Shown here one piece after another: positions 31,790 to 44,265 of a stretch of 64,000 nt of DNA. This stretch comes from Thecamonas trahens ATCC 50062 (lineage: Eukaryota; Protista; Apusomonadida). Positions within the stretch are counted from its first letter, which is position 1. The number at the start of each line of letters is the position of its first letter. Location of the stretch: the NCBI RefSeq assembly GCF_000142905.1, contig NW_013657677.1, forward strand, positions 310,001-374,000, written 5' to 3'. The position numbers and the translations under genes were made by a program. The notes under the pieces were generated by a model. That model was given only the letters and a program-made list of their open reading frames with translations. It searched no databases and was not told the DNA's origin.

Positions 31790-34700
31790 TCAGGCACCAA
31801 ACTCGCGGGCGGTGATGGTGGAAAAGCCGTGACTATCCTTCTCGACCTGCCAGAACTTGGTCGGCGGCCGCTCGAGCTTGGAGTTGAGGGCATGGCAGAA
31901 CTCCTGGTTGTGGGTGATGAGGATGAGCTGAAAGTTGGACTGGCGCGAGCGCTCGTTGACGATCGAAGCAAGGGCGCGGGCCATCGACCGCGCGTTGGCC
32001 TTGTCGAGCTGTGCCGATGGCTCGTCGAGAGCAATGAGGCCCGAGTGGAGGCAGAACGACTCGGCGAGGGCAATGCGCACAATGAGCGAGGCAATGCGGG
32101 CCTGCCCTGCCGAGCACCGCGCGCGCATCGGCGTCTCGACGCCGTCACGGATGGCCACGAGCTCGTACTTGAACGCAGAACGCGCAGAGTCCGACTCGGT
32201 GCACGCAATCATGATGTTGTCGATGTCCGAGTTTTGGTACACCTTTTCCCACAGCATCTTGATGGTCTTGTTCACCTCGGCCATCTTGAGCGTATGGTAC
32301 CGCTGCAACGCCGAGTCGAGCGCGTGCTGGTACCGGTCGAGGTCCGCGCTTGCCATCTCAGTCGTTTTGATCTGGATGAGCTTGGCCTCGTAGTTTGCCT
32401 CGCCTTGCTGGAACTGTGGCTCGTTGAGCCCGGCTCGGAGCACGTCAGCGTGCGCCTTCTTGCCCTTGATCAAGCCCTGCAGCTCTGCCGCCTTTGACGA
32501 CAACTTGCTGTGCTGAACCTGGAGCTCGCTGAGCGAGAGACCCGAGCTTGTGCTCCCGCGCAGCTTGGCCGCCTTGGCGTTGGCCTGCGCCAGAAGCTCG
32601 CGCAGGCTGTCCAGCTCGCGCGATGCTTTCCGGTAGTCGATGTTGGCGTCAATGAGTCGCTTCGTCTCCTTTGAGTCGGCGAGTGCGGCCTGGAGCTGCG
32701 ACTGCGCGGTCTCCAGCTCGGTACGCTTTTGGGCGCTCGCGTCCATGTCACTTTCAAGCTGGTCGAGCGCCGCCTTGGCCTTGGCCAGCGCCGCCGGCGA
32801 GCCCTTGCGCTCGAGCTCGGCCAGCTCAGTCGACATCCGCGCCAGCGAGTCTGCAGCATCCCTTGCGGCCGAAGCGCGGAGTCGTGCGGCCCTAACCTTG
32901 GCGTCGGCGCCTGTGGCTGAAGCCAGAGCAGCAGCCTCCGCGTCGGCAAGTTGCGCGCGCAGCGGAGCCAGGCTGTTGTCAGCGTGCTTGATTTTGGCTT
33001 CGGCTTCGGCCAACGCCGCTGTGAGGGCCTCTGACTTGGCGAGTGCGCTTTCGGCGCGCGCCTCCTTGTTCTGCAGCTCGAGTACTTTGGCTTTCGCCTC
33101 GCTAGCAGCGCGCTCGGCCGCCGCCAGCGCGCTCGCTGCCGCCTCGATCTCAGTCTCAAGCTCGCGGCTGCGGGCCCGTTTTGCTGCCAGGTCCGCCTTG
33201 AGAGACACGACACGGGCATGTAGCTGCGGCGTTGTCTCGGCACCGAGAGCTGCGTCGCCACCTGAGCCGACAGCACCCTTGGCAGCATCCAGCTCGGCGG
33301 TGGCAGACGCGACGGCAGCCGCCGCCATGGAAGCCTCGCGCTCAACCCGGAGCAGCTCGTCGATCATGCTCTTGAGCTCATCGCCAGCGTCAGCGGCACT
33401 TTTGGCAGCCTCCAATCCTGCCTCGGCAGCAGCAGCCGCAGCAGAAGTTGATTCGGCGGAGGCCTTGAGCTCAGCGATCTTGGCCTCCAGAGCCGGCTTG
33501 GCTTGGGTTGACAGTCGCTCGAGCTCGACCGCGATGGGGCGGAGGGTGTCGAGACGGGCGAGAATGACGTCACACTCGTCAAGGTCGGCTTGGAGCTTGA
33601 CGGTCGAGACATTGCTGGAGGCTTCGTCCAACTTGGACGCCAGCTCGCTGACAAAGGCAGCCAGAGCCGACGACGAGTCAAATCCGCGCGAGCAGAGCGG
33701 ACAGGCGTGCGAGTCTTCGGCGGCGGCAATAAAGGCCTTGAACTGGCCGACGACCGACGATGCTGTCAGCTTCTTGGCCTGCAGCTTGGACTTCAGCTTG
33801 TCTTTGTGAGCTTGGGTCTTGGTGATGACGTCCTCCAGCTTGCTCTTGGCCGTGTTCTTCTTGATCTTCTTGGCATGCGCCTTGATCTTGGCCTCCATCT
33901 CGACAAGCTCGGCCGTAGCGTCACCAAGCTGTGCAGCGACGACCGAGGCCTGAGCCTGGGCCTCGCGGGCGGCAGCCGATGCGGTGTCACGGTCTTGGGC
34001 GAGCTTGGCAAGCGCAATGTTCACCTGCGCCTCTAGCGCGGCCACGTCCGCCGAGCGAATAGTGGCGGGATCCACACCCGCTACCTTCTCGATGAGCGGA
34101 GCGGCGTCGGCACGGAGCTGGGCCAGCTCCGCCGCCTTGGCCTCAGCAGCCTCGGTCTTGGAGTCAAGCGCGGCCTGGAGACCGGCGAACCTCGTCCGGC
34201 GCGAGAGTTCAGCATCAACGGCAGCAAGCTGAGCATCGAGTTGCTCGCGTGCACCACGCAGCGCGCCCAGCTCGGCCTTGAGCTTGGCGCCGGTGCCGGA
34301 ACGGGCAGAAGATGCCAGCACAGCTTCGGCGGCGTCGCGCGCAGCCGTGGCCGACTCGAGCTGGGCGCGAATGCCGGCAAGGGCGCCGGGCGCCGAGACC
34401 GGCGACGCGGCGGCGAGGGCAGATATCGAGGCGCGCGCCTCGGCGGCGGCGCGGGCGGCGGCCTCGCGCTCGGCGCAGAGCGTGGCTTGGCGGACCTTGA
34501 GCTCTTGGATCTTGGCGCGCGAGGCAGCCTGTGAGGCAGCGGCAGCATCCTCGGCGGCGGTGAGCTCGCGGGAGGTGGAGGAGACCCGCTTGACGAGCGC
34601 TGCGCGAACATCGTCGGGCGAAGCCGAGGCCGAGAGGCCGAGGCCGAGCTCGGCATTGGCGGCGGTGAGGCGGGCGTCGCGCTTGGCGATAAACGAGTTG

Positions 34701-35970
34701 AGGGCCAATGCAGCCGAGTTGAGCTCGGCGTGGGCGGTGAGCGCGGCGCGGTAGCGGTTGGCGAGCGGAGCGGCGGCAGCCTGCTCGGCCTTGAGCAAAG
34801 GCTCGATGGTGTCGAGCTTGGTCTGTGCGGCCTGAACGGTGTCGAGGTACTCGTTTTGCTGGCGAAGGAGGTCGTCGTCGGATTCTTCGAACTCAAAGCC
34901 TTGAATGCTGGTCTTGATTGCGGCGCAGTTGCGCTCGCATACCTCAATGGTGACATGGAGCTCGCCGGCGCGGCGCTCCAGCTCGTCGAGCTTGGCGGCG
35001 ACCTTGGAGAGCTGTGCAAGTTCGTCGGTGATGGGCGCAATTGTGGCCTCGATTTCTGCGGCCTGCGACTCCAGCTGGGACATTTCCTCGCAGACAAGCG
35101 CAAGCTGGTCCTTGTTGGATTTGGCGTGGCGGCGGATGGTCTCCTCGTTCTGCAGATCGCGGCGGAAGAGGGCGATGCGTTGGCGGTTGTCTGCGATCTC
35201 ACGCTTCATGGTCTTGATGGCTTCGCGGTAGGCAGTGGCGTCAAAGATCTCGTCGAGCACCTTCTTAAGTTCCGAGTCAGAGCCGAGGATCCACTCTTCG
35301 TTCTGCTGGCAGAAGATGACCCGGTTGAGGACGGCGGCGGTGACGCCGAGCAACTTGGGAATGAGGACATTGACCTGCGAGCACTTGCCGGTGATCGACG
35401 TCACCTGGCCATCTTTGCCTGGAAGCTTCATCGAGACATCAATTGTCTTGGAGGTGACCGACTTGCGGGTCTGCCTGGCCACCAGTCCGCGCGAGACCAC
35501 ACACGCCTGCTCGGCCGCGTTGCGGAACTTGAGCTTGATCTGCGCCTTGATCTCGGGCACGCGGGACATTTTGGGATCGGAGATAAACGACGGCAACTTG
35601 CATCCGGGCGGCAGCTGGCCGGTCGTCGCGTACCGCAGCGACTCAATGATGGCCTGGGCAAGCGGCGGGTGAGTGTGTGTGTGTGCCCTCGTCAAAGTGC
35701 GACCTTTTTCGAGAGGTAGAATCTCAGGCGAGGCCGCCGGGAAGCAGGGGCAATGGCCCGGCAGGGAGGGCAGAACAGGAGAAAAGGCCCAGTGCGGGTA
35801 TGTCCTGGACATGGGTGTCGCTTACGGTTGGGCAATGGGTAGCGTACTGTCTTGCCTGCACCGTTCTTGCCCACAATGATGGTCAGCGGCTTGTCGAAGT
35901 TGATGCACGACTCGTTGTCGGTGGCATACGAGCGGATGCCCCGGATGAGCAGCTTCTCGATGCTGGACAT
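31790..35970 (-). CDS. RAD50: DNA repair protein RAD50 (exons 35970-35848, 35653-31790)
   Basis: GIRSY, Walker A GKNGAGKT|AIIESL, IFCQQ, zinc hook CPLC, RCSAGQ signature, ALDEP, LILITH. Confidence 0.97.
35654..35847 (-). other. Spliceosomal intron (C-rich)
   Basis: GTACGC...ACTCAC...CCCAG, directly after Walker A. Confidence 0.9.
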
Positions 35971-36784
35971 CGGAGGCAGGTGTGGTGATGGGAAGGGTGT
36001 GTGTGGGGGTGGGGGGGGGGGGAGGGGGGGGGGGTAGGGGAGGGAGTGGAGTGATGACGCACAAGTCGGGGGGTGGAGGGGGGTAGAGTGAGTGTGCCCG
36101 CGCCGGCTTCAGGTGGCGACTCGACTGGTGGTGGGCGGAGACGGCCAACGCCGGTCGAGTCCTTGGCCATGGGCTATGTGAGCGGGGCCGGCCAGATCGC
36201 ACCAGATGGCAGATGGCGTATAATGGCGTCTGACCGTTGATACAGTCGAGGTGTGGTAGACCCATCAGCATGCCCCCCTCACCCCCCCCCTGGTCGAGGT
36301 AGATTGATCAGTCTCGGCCTTCGCCACCGCTTGCCCTGCGCTGATCGATACTGTTGACATCACTGGCAATACTGGGCCTCATCTCGCTAGGCGTAGGCCC
36401 GTGCCTCGAAAGAAGCGCCATCGGCTGCTAATCAGCGCGGGAAGGTGCGGCGGATGGGTGTGGGACGTTTTTCGCAGCCACGTGGAGGCACGCGCCGCTT
36501 TCGCTCGCTTGTGGTGTTCGTCGCATTAGCTCGGCGAGAAGGGCCACCTCACGCAGAACGCCTTGGGCTGACTGACTGTTGCCTCCACGTCACATATTTC
36601 TTGTTTGAGGCAAGCCCAGCTACACTCGCCTCGGTCGTGGACGTCCCTGCTTCCGGCTTCCGACTTTTGTGGCGTGTTCCCTGAACCCCCGCCGTCGCCG
36701 TCGTCCCTTGCCGCCGACCCCGTCGTCGGTTCTTCTTCGTCCTTCTTCACCCTCCGCCTCGCCTCTGCCCGGAGGCGCATCAGC

Positions 36785-37624
36785 ATGCGGCGACTGGCGC
36801 GGACGCTGTTCCTCCACGGACCGCTTCGTGACGCCGAAGTCCGGGCCTTGGTCCTGCCCAAGGACAAGGCGAGCCTCTGGGATCCCGCTCTTCCCGCCTC
36901 TGCCCGAGGGGCGGTTCTCCCGGCGCAGGCCAAAGGCTTTGAGCTGACGTACCCGGCGGTGTTCTCCACCCCGCCTGGGCTGGGCAACGAGACTCTGGGC
37001 GGCGCCGGATTCAGCGCGGCTGAAGATCTGGCGCTCGAGGCCGAGATGCCGGTCCCGCTGCCGCGGCCGGGCAAGCTGCTCAAGGGCGTTGTGCTCGCCG
37101 GTGCGTCGCAAGACGCGGTAGAGCGGCTGACGCACCTGTTTGGCGCCGATGCCGTCGTCGCCCCGGTGGCTGTCCAGGCCGTCGTTCCGCATCCGTTGCC
37201 CGGCGCGGCGGTGGCCGCCGCCACTGCCGCCGCTACTGCCGCCACTGCCGCCGCCACCGCAGTCGAAGCGGCACCCGTTGTGCAATCTGGCGCGCTCCCC
37301 CAAGTTTTGACCCAGCTGGTTGGCCCGCTGGCTCCATACTTGGTCGACTCGCTGCTGGCCAAGCAGCCGCCGCTCGCGCCCGAGTCCAAGCTCCGGCTCC
37401 GGCTGGACGCCTGGATGCTCCGCCCGCACCCGCAGCTCCTTGCCGACGTCTCGGAAATGCTCCGCATCGCCAAGGAGTCGTCGCTCTCGCTCCGCAAGTG
37501 GCATCTACACACCTGGCATCCCGAGGCCCGCGCCGTCTTACTCCGTGAGCTCGCCTCGGCCGTCGCCACCCTCGACACCGCGCCCCCGCCGTCAGACCGT
37601 TCGCCGACTGCAGTTCGTGCTTAA
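36785..37624 (+). CDS. Hypothetical protein, possible mitochondrial presequence
   Basis: ATG 36785 (MRRLARTLFLHG); codon usage like neighbouring genes; no recognisable domain. Confidence 0.6.
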   Translation: MRRLARTLFLHGPLRDAEVRALVLPKDKASLWDPALPASARGAVLPAQAKGFELTYPAVFSTPPGLGNETLGGAGFSAAEDLALEAEMPVPLPRPGKLLKGVVLAGASQDAVERLTHLFGADAVVAPVAVQAVVPHPLPGAAVAAATAAATAATAAATAVEAAPVVQSGALPQVLTQLVGPLAPYLVDSLLAKQPPLAPESKLRLRLDAWMLRPHPQLLADVSEMLRIAKESSLSLRKWHLHTWHPEARAVLLRELASAVATLDTAPPPSDRSPTAVRA

Positions 37625-37963
37625 ACCATCCATCGGTTTATTGTAGCCACATCAATGCTTGATCAGCCCATCGGCGTCTTCTCCGTGAGGGATGGCTGCC
37701 ATGGCGATGGCGGCCGTAACGTCCAACTGCGCGTCGTGTGGAGGAGGGACGGAAGCAGTATCAATCGGACCACGACCCGTCGCCTTCCCCCGCACACGCA
37801 CACGCACGCACCACCAACAGACACACACTACACCGTCACCGAAATCGCTGCCTTACTACCACAGTAAGGCCCCCACTCCCTCGACAGCGGCGAGTTCGGC
37901 CCGCTCTTCGCTGCTGCAGCCAGTTGTCGGCGGTTGACCGGCACACTCGTCTTACAACACACC

Positions 37964-39252
37964 ATGTCGGACGTCACAAAGGTGTTTGTTGGCAACCTCG
38001 CTTTCTCGGTCGACGAGGACGAGCTGCAGAACCTGTTCGAGGCTTCGTACTCTAGCGTGTACGCCCTTCCGCCTGCCTTTCCCCCTGCCCCTCCCTCCTC
38101 CCTGCCCCTCCCTCCCCCTTGCCCCTCCTCCCCCCTCCCTTCCCTTCCCCCCCTCCCTCCCCCTCCTTCCCCCCCCTCCTTCCCCCCCATGCTCAGCCCT
38201 CTGTGGCGGAGTCGCCCAGCCGCCACCCTCCAACGAGCGGCCCAGTCGCCAGAAGGTGGCAACTTTCCCATTCGCTGGCCTCTCCCCCTCCTCCTCCTCT
38301 AATGGAAAGTCCGACTGGTGGGGGAAGTGTGGGGGGGGGGGCATTGATTAATGACTCGAGATGTATTGATTATTTTTTTCTTGGCTCCTCCGGTCGTTGC
38401 TGGTGGTGGTGGTGGTGGTGGTGGTGGTAGTGGCGATGATTTTTTTGTGTGTGTGGTTTGGCGCTGGACGCGACCTGCGCCTCGCTGTCGTCGCCGTGTT
38501 CCTCTTCCGACCTCCTTGGTGCCTCCCCCTTCCTCGCTACCTGGTGGTATGGGCCGTCTCTTGTATGTGTAGCTGATGGGCGTGGGACTCATGTGTGGGG
38601 AGGGGCAATGCGCGGCGTGTGCAGTGAGTCTGTCCGCATCATCCGCCGCGGGAACAAGTCGCTCGGCTACGGGTTTGTCTCGTTCACCTCGGCTGAGGAC
38701 GCCGAGGCTGCGGTGGCGCAGTTCAACGGGTTCAACATGGAGGAGCGCGAGATCAACTGCGAAATTGCTCGTGCGCGCGATGAGTCGGCCGAGACGACCG
38801 GACGCCAGCGGCGGCGACGAAAGGCTGGCGGCGGGCGCAAGAAGCGCCGGCCGCGCGACCCGGACGCTCTCGACGAGAACGGCAACCCGCGGAACCCGTC
38901 GATGCTGGCGGCGTTTGTGGCCAACATCCCGTTCTCGCTTGACTCGGACGAGACCTTCCTCGAGCTCTTTGCCGCGTTCAACCCGGTGCAGGCCCACCTT
39001 GTCCGCCCGCGCCACGGCGGCCGGCCCAAGGGCTTCGGCTTTGTCAAGTTTGCCACCCACGCCGACCAGCTTGCCGCCATCGAGGGCATGAACGACGTCG
39101 ACGTCGACGGTCGCCCCATCGTCGTCAAGGCTGCGCTCTCGGACAACCCGTACGAGAAGTACATCGAGGACCAGACGGCCGCCGAGGCTGGCGACGAGGC
39201 CGACGAGGCCGTCGCCGACGCCCCCGCCGACGAGGTTCAGCCGCTGGAGTAG
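37964..39252 (+). CDS. Two-RRM RNA-binding protein (exons 37964-38058, 38625-39252)
   Basis: KVFVGNL / LGYGFVSF and AFVANIP / KGFGFVKF (RNP2/RNP1 pairs); basic linker, acidic tail. Confidence 0.9.
38059..38624 (+). other. Spliceosomal intron (566 nt; C-rich then G-rich)
   Basis: GTACGC...GACTCAT...TGCAG; phase-2 join restores RRM1. Confidence 0.85.
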
Positions 39253-39366
39253 TGCGTGACGGGCTTGTGAGCGCGTCGCCATATTAACACTTGCGCCCGG
39301 CCTGTTGAGTAGCATTGGTAGCCAGCTAGAATGTGTGGTCTTTAGCTTGGTGCGTAGCCCCGAGTA

Positions 39367-41659
39367 TCAGTCGATGACCAGCCGATTCGCCCCGCCGTCG
39401 CCAAGCGGCCCGGCGCCGCCGGCTGTCGGCAGCTGGGCCCCGGCGTCGGTCGCCTTGTTGCGCTGGAGGGCAGCGGCGGCCGAGTCTTTCTTGGCGAGAA
39501 GAAGCGAGTGGAGCGAGCCAATCATGGCGATCTGGGCCATGTTAGGCTCGTGAGCCTCCTTGATCTTGCGCTTCTTCTTCTGCAGCGACTTGGAGAGCGA
39601 CATCTGTTCCGAGAGTTGCTTGGAGTAGAGCTCGTGGTAGGTGGCAAAGCGGGCGGCGACGCGGGCGCCGCCGGTGGCTGCGGCGCGCTCGGCGTCAGCC
39701 TTGGCCAGCTCGCGCTGCGCGTTGGCAATGTTGGCGTTGGCAAGGTGGTACTTGGCCTCAAGGTCGGCGACCTCGGCGCGGAGCGCGCGGACGGTGGTGG
39801 CGAGCTCGAGCTGGCCGGTCGAGATGTCGGCCTCTACAGCCTCGTACTGGGCCTTGGCCTTGGACCAGTCGCCCTCGATGGCGAGCTTCTCCTGCTTGAG
39901 CGCCTGCAGCTTGCGGACCGCCGGCTCGAGCTCCTTGGAGCGGGCCTCGATCTTGCGAGTGATCTTCTCGACAAGGGCGGAGATCTCGTCGAGCGTCGCA
40001 GCCTTGAGTGTGTTGAGCTCGGCGCGGTCAGTCACAATGTTCTGCAGCTGTGACTCGGTCTCGGTGTAGCCCTCGATGCCAGCGTTGACCTCCAACTCGT
40101 GCAGGTACTCGCTCATCTCCTCGGCCTCCTCCTCGAGCAGCATCTGCGTTCGGGCGAGAATTCCCTGCTCGATCTCCATGGAGTCCTTGGTCGCCTTGAG
40201 CTCCTTGTACTTTGCGGTCTGCGTCTTGACCTGCGCCTTGAACGCGTTCCACTCGTCGCCCTGCATCATTCGCTTGCCGGTCGACTCAAGCTCGGCAACG
40301 CGGGCCTCGATGGCCTTGTCGAGCTTGGCCTTTTCGTCCATGAGCTTGTTGAGCTTGTCGGCGACAGACTCTTTCTTGTGTGCCGCCACCTTGGCGTTCT
40401 GGCGGTACATGGCCAGCGCGTCGGCGAGCGGGTTAGCGTTGGCCATTCGCGCCTCCATCAACCGGCGAATATCGTCGTTGATGCCGGCAATCTCGGCCTT
40501 GATACCGTCGAGGTCCGCCTCGGAGCTCATGTTTGCCGAGAGCACGCGCGAGAGCTCGTTGATCTTGACCTCCTGCAGATGCAGATCATACGGAAGCTTT
40601 TCCTCGACCAGGTACCGGTTGACCTGGGTGTCGTCGAGGAGCTTGCGGACCAGTGCCTCGGGGTTGCCCTGGGTGTACGACGACTGCAGAGCCTGAAGCT
40701 TGTCCACCCGCCGAGCCATCTCCATTTCGGTCCGGTGCAAGAGGTGCTGCTGCTCTCGCCCGCGCTCGGCAAGCGCCAGCTCCTCTTCCTGCTCCTTGCG
40801 GAGCGACGATACGACTTCAAGCTGGTACGCGAGGTTAGGGAGGCCCTGGACCTTGCGCTTGACCCGCGAGATCTTGGAGAGTAGCTGCTCCTTGTCGCGC
40901 TGCATCTCGGCAATGTCCGCTTTGATGTTGGCCGGCGAAAAGCCCGATGAGCGCGACACGTCTACCTGCTTGTGCACCTCTTTGAACCGTTCCTGCAGCT
41001 CCTGGTATGCCGAGTACGACTCGGCCACAGACCGGTCCTGCAGAATCTCCGCCGGAATGTCCAGCGGCGCCAGGTACCGCGCCAGGTACGCCCGCTTCTG
41101 CAGCTCGCCAAAGTGGACAAGGAGCCAGGCCAGTGCCGGGTAGACCACCTCGCGCGCACCGTCGCCGATCCCGCGCGCAAGCTCCTCGGGCCCACACGGC
41201 GCGTTGTAGTTGAGCATGGCCAAGAACGACGCCATCCGCGAGCCAGTCACCTCGGGCGCCTCGTTGCGCACATTCGGCGTGTGCTCGCGCCCATTGAGCT
41301 CCGCCACCACCTTGTTCAGCAGCTCGACAAGCTCAAACGGGCTCTGTCGTCACACACTCTCTCTCACCTCGTGAGCTGCCTGCCGTCTATCCGTCCCGCC
41401 ATCTGCCCCTTTCCGACCTGTGCATGGTCTGTGCCCACCGACTGAAGGCGCCAAAGCCGCCGCCACACCTTCCGCGCCAGCCCCCCCCCCCCCACACACA
41501 CACACACACACACCCTCCCCGTCACACACACACACACGCACACACATGCGTGCGCACTCCACATACCTTTTCATCCAGAGTAACCAGCGAGAGCCTCTCG
41601 TTGAACGGAGGCGACGCCAGGCGCTCCACAATGAACTGGAGCTCGCTCGACGACGACAT
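39367..41659 (-). CDS. IFT81: Intraflagellar transport protein 81 (exons 41659-41567, 41343-39367)
   Basis: LQFIVERL..PPFN..LSLV.LD|SPFEL.ELL, L.KRAYLARYL, F.EVHK, L.MYRQ.A, W..F, L.AK. Confidence 0.95.
41344..41566 (-). other. Spliceosomal intron (G/GT-rich)
   Basis: GTATGT...GCTCAC...GACAG, phase 0. Confidence 0.88.
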
Positions 41660-41702
41660 GACCAAACTGACGACGAGTGGCCTTTGCCTGCTGCTGCTGC
41701 CG

Positions 41703-41789
41703 GCTGGCCGACCGTCCGCTGGCCAACCGACCGCTGACCGACCGTCCGCTGGCCGACCGACCGCTGACCGACCGACCGCTGACCGACCA
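41703..41789. repeat. Imperfect 15-bp tandem repeat (CCGACCG[A/T]CCGCTG[A/G]), 5-6 units
   Basis: Directly visible immediately upstream of the IFT81 ATG. Confidence 0.85.
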
Positions 41790-42226
41790 CGGGCTCCCCG
41801 CCGCCTAACACTCCGAGCCCTATCTCGCCACCTCGCCGATCGCAGCAGAATTACGGGCAAGCAATGATACAGGTGTTTATGTCTCGAGATGGTGCAGCTA
41901 TCCGTGTCTGCCAAGTTGCAGTAATCGGCTTGAGCCGTTTACTGTGTAGTGCGAACTACTTTGCCGGTGCCGTGATCAACTCCCATGGGACACGATCTCC
42001 TGATCTTGACGATGACTCCAGCGAAGCAACACACCGCCGGAGTTCACGTCCATGTACCACGCCACCACCTCCTCTTGCGACGCATACCAAGCTACGACCA
42101 TACCCAGGTGCTCTGATTCCTCATCTAGCCCCGTGATCCCCCCCCCCCATGGCGACGAACTCGACCAGCACAGCACCACATCCTGTCCAGCAGCGAGCAC
42201 CTCACTCCCGTCACCCCACCCGAGTC

Positions 42227-44256
42227 ATGAGCGCTTCAAAGCCAAAGCCGCCGTGCTCTTTCCACGCGCAGGGGAGGTGCAAGTGGGGCGCGTCGTGTCG
42301 GTTTGCCCACGACGGCCCACCGGGCGTAGCCTCACCGGGCGGTCAGCTCGGCCTTGACGGCTTGCCAGGAGCAGGCGGCTCGCCGATGGGGGGTCCGTCG
42401 GTCGGCGGCAAGATGAAGCGGCCTGGATGGATGCGGTCTGTGGCAGAGGGCTCGCGGACGGCGAAGCTGGTGGCGTCGGTGATGGGCGACAAGTCGGAGG
42501 CTGCTGCGGCTGACGATGCTGCCGAGGGGCCCAAAGTCCTTGTCTTCCCGGCCTTTGTCTGCGACGCGGTGTCCGGCAAGTGGAAGGTGTACAAGCACAC
42601 GATGGCGCCTGCTGCGGCTGCGGCGCCTACTGGCCTTGCGGTTGTCTCGCTCAACGTCCTGTTTGAGTTCTACGAGACGCAGCTGATCCGGTCTGAGCGG
42701 CGGTGGGGCAAGCTGCTGACCCACATCGAAGAGCTTGGCGACGAGGTCGATGCGTATGCACTGCAAGAGGTGTCAATCGCCTGCCTTCGGGTCCTCCTCG
42801 CCTCGCCGTACATCCGCAAGCACTTTTACGTCACCGAGGTGCCGGCGTCGGCGACCAAGGCCAAGTCCAACACGTTTTTCTCGGGCCGGTCGGGCAACGT
42901 GGTGCTCTCGCGGCGGCCACTGGCGGGCGTCTACGCCGCACGACTCTTCCGCGGTGGATTGCTGACCATGGCGCGGACGGCGGACGGGGTGCTGCTGGCG
43001 ACGACGCATCTCAAGTCTGGCCCCGGGCGCGACCACGAACGGACGCGGATGCGGCAGATCGACGACATTGCCGCAGCCTTTGAGTACATGCGCTCCAAGC
43101 CAGCGCTCGAGTCGGCGCTATCCACGTGGCTCCTTGCGGGCGACTTCAACTGCTCGCCGTCGGACGAGGCGCAGCAGGCCAAGCTCGACTCACTCTTTGT
43201 TGACCTCTGGAGCTACCTGCATCCCGACGACGTCGGCTACACGTTCAACGTCGAGACCAACCACCTGGCGGCGCTGCTATTTCCAGGCGTGGTCTCGATG
43301 CGGCTCGACCGCGTCCTTCTTTGGCGCGGCGCGGCCGGGCTTGTGCCTAGCGTGGCGCGTTTGGTGGCTACCCATCCCATCGGTAAGATCAAGGGCCTGG
43401 CTGCTGTCGGCGGCGAGGCGACGACGCCCAAGCCCTCGCTCTTCATCTCGGACCACTACGGACTGCTCGCCCGCCTCGAACCTGTTTCTTCGGGCGCGCT
43501 GAGCACCGTGCCGGTCGAGCGCGATGCTGCAGCCTTTTTGCCCGCCAGCCATCATCGTACATCCAACTCCGCATCTCGCTCAAGTCGTCGGCCATGCTTA
43601 AGGCGCTCATCGCGGCGCGCGCCAGCGTCGTCAATGTGCTGGCCGCGCTCGCTGCTGGTCTCGAGCGTCAGCCTGACACGGTGTTGCCCGGCGCTACGGT
43701 GTGTGCCGCCCCTGTCGTCGACGCCACCGCCAACGCCGTCCTCTACTACGTTCGCTTTGACCTTGTCCGACCCAACGACACGCCAGACTACTTTGCGCTT
43801 TCGCGCTGGGCCGTCCATGCGCTTGCCGATCTCCTTGACACGCCGCATATCGAGTTGTCGCCGGCGCTCGACCTCGCGCTCGTCGCCAAGGTCAAGCGGT
43901 TGCCCGACGTGGTCAAGACCAAGTACGGGCTGGGAGAGGCAAGAAACGCGTCTCTATCCAGCGCAGCGTCCACCTCTGGGCCCGCTGCACCGGCTGCACC
44001 GGCTGCACCTGCTGCACCGGCTGCACCGGCTGCACCTGCTGCACCGGCTGCACCGGCTGCACTCGCTCCGCCCGCTCCGCCCGCACCCGCATCGCCCGCT
44101 CCGCCCGCACCCGCAGATGTCCCTACCACGTCACATCCACCCGCCACGACCGCTACTGCAACGCCTCCGGCGTCGCTCAAGCGCGACCGCGATGCGTCGT
44201 CAGACACGACCGGCTCTGCGCCTCCAGCCAAAAAGGCCAAGCACACGCCTGCGTAA
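42227..44256 (+). CDS. CCCH zinc finger - EEP (endonuclease/exonuclease/phosphatase) protein with an extra C-terminal domain and Pro/Ala tail
   Basis: CSFHAQGRCKWGASCRFAH; SLNV, LQEV, TTHL, AGDFN, RLDRV, SDHYGL. One T is missing at 43535-43539. (APA)n repeat at 43986-44060; terminal PAKKAK. Alternative in-frame ATG at 42149. Confidence 0.85.
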
Positions 44257-44265
44257 ATGAGAGCT

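Noticed and set aside
36090-36780. Possible tRNA or ncRNA in the larger intergenic spacers (also 10500-10900, 17500-17900, 41800-42150, 52700-53290)
   Set aside because: No cloverleaf, A/B boxes or convincing C/D box pair was seen by eye; an Infernal/tRNAscan run would be needed to exclude them.
41703-41789. Repeat array as CRISPR
   Set aside because: Contiguous 15-bp units without unique spacers, no cas genes, eukaryotic context.
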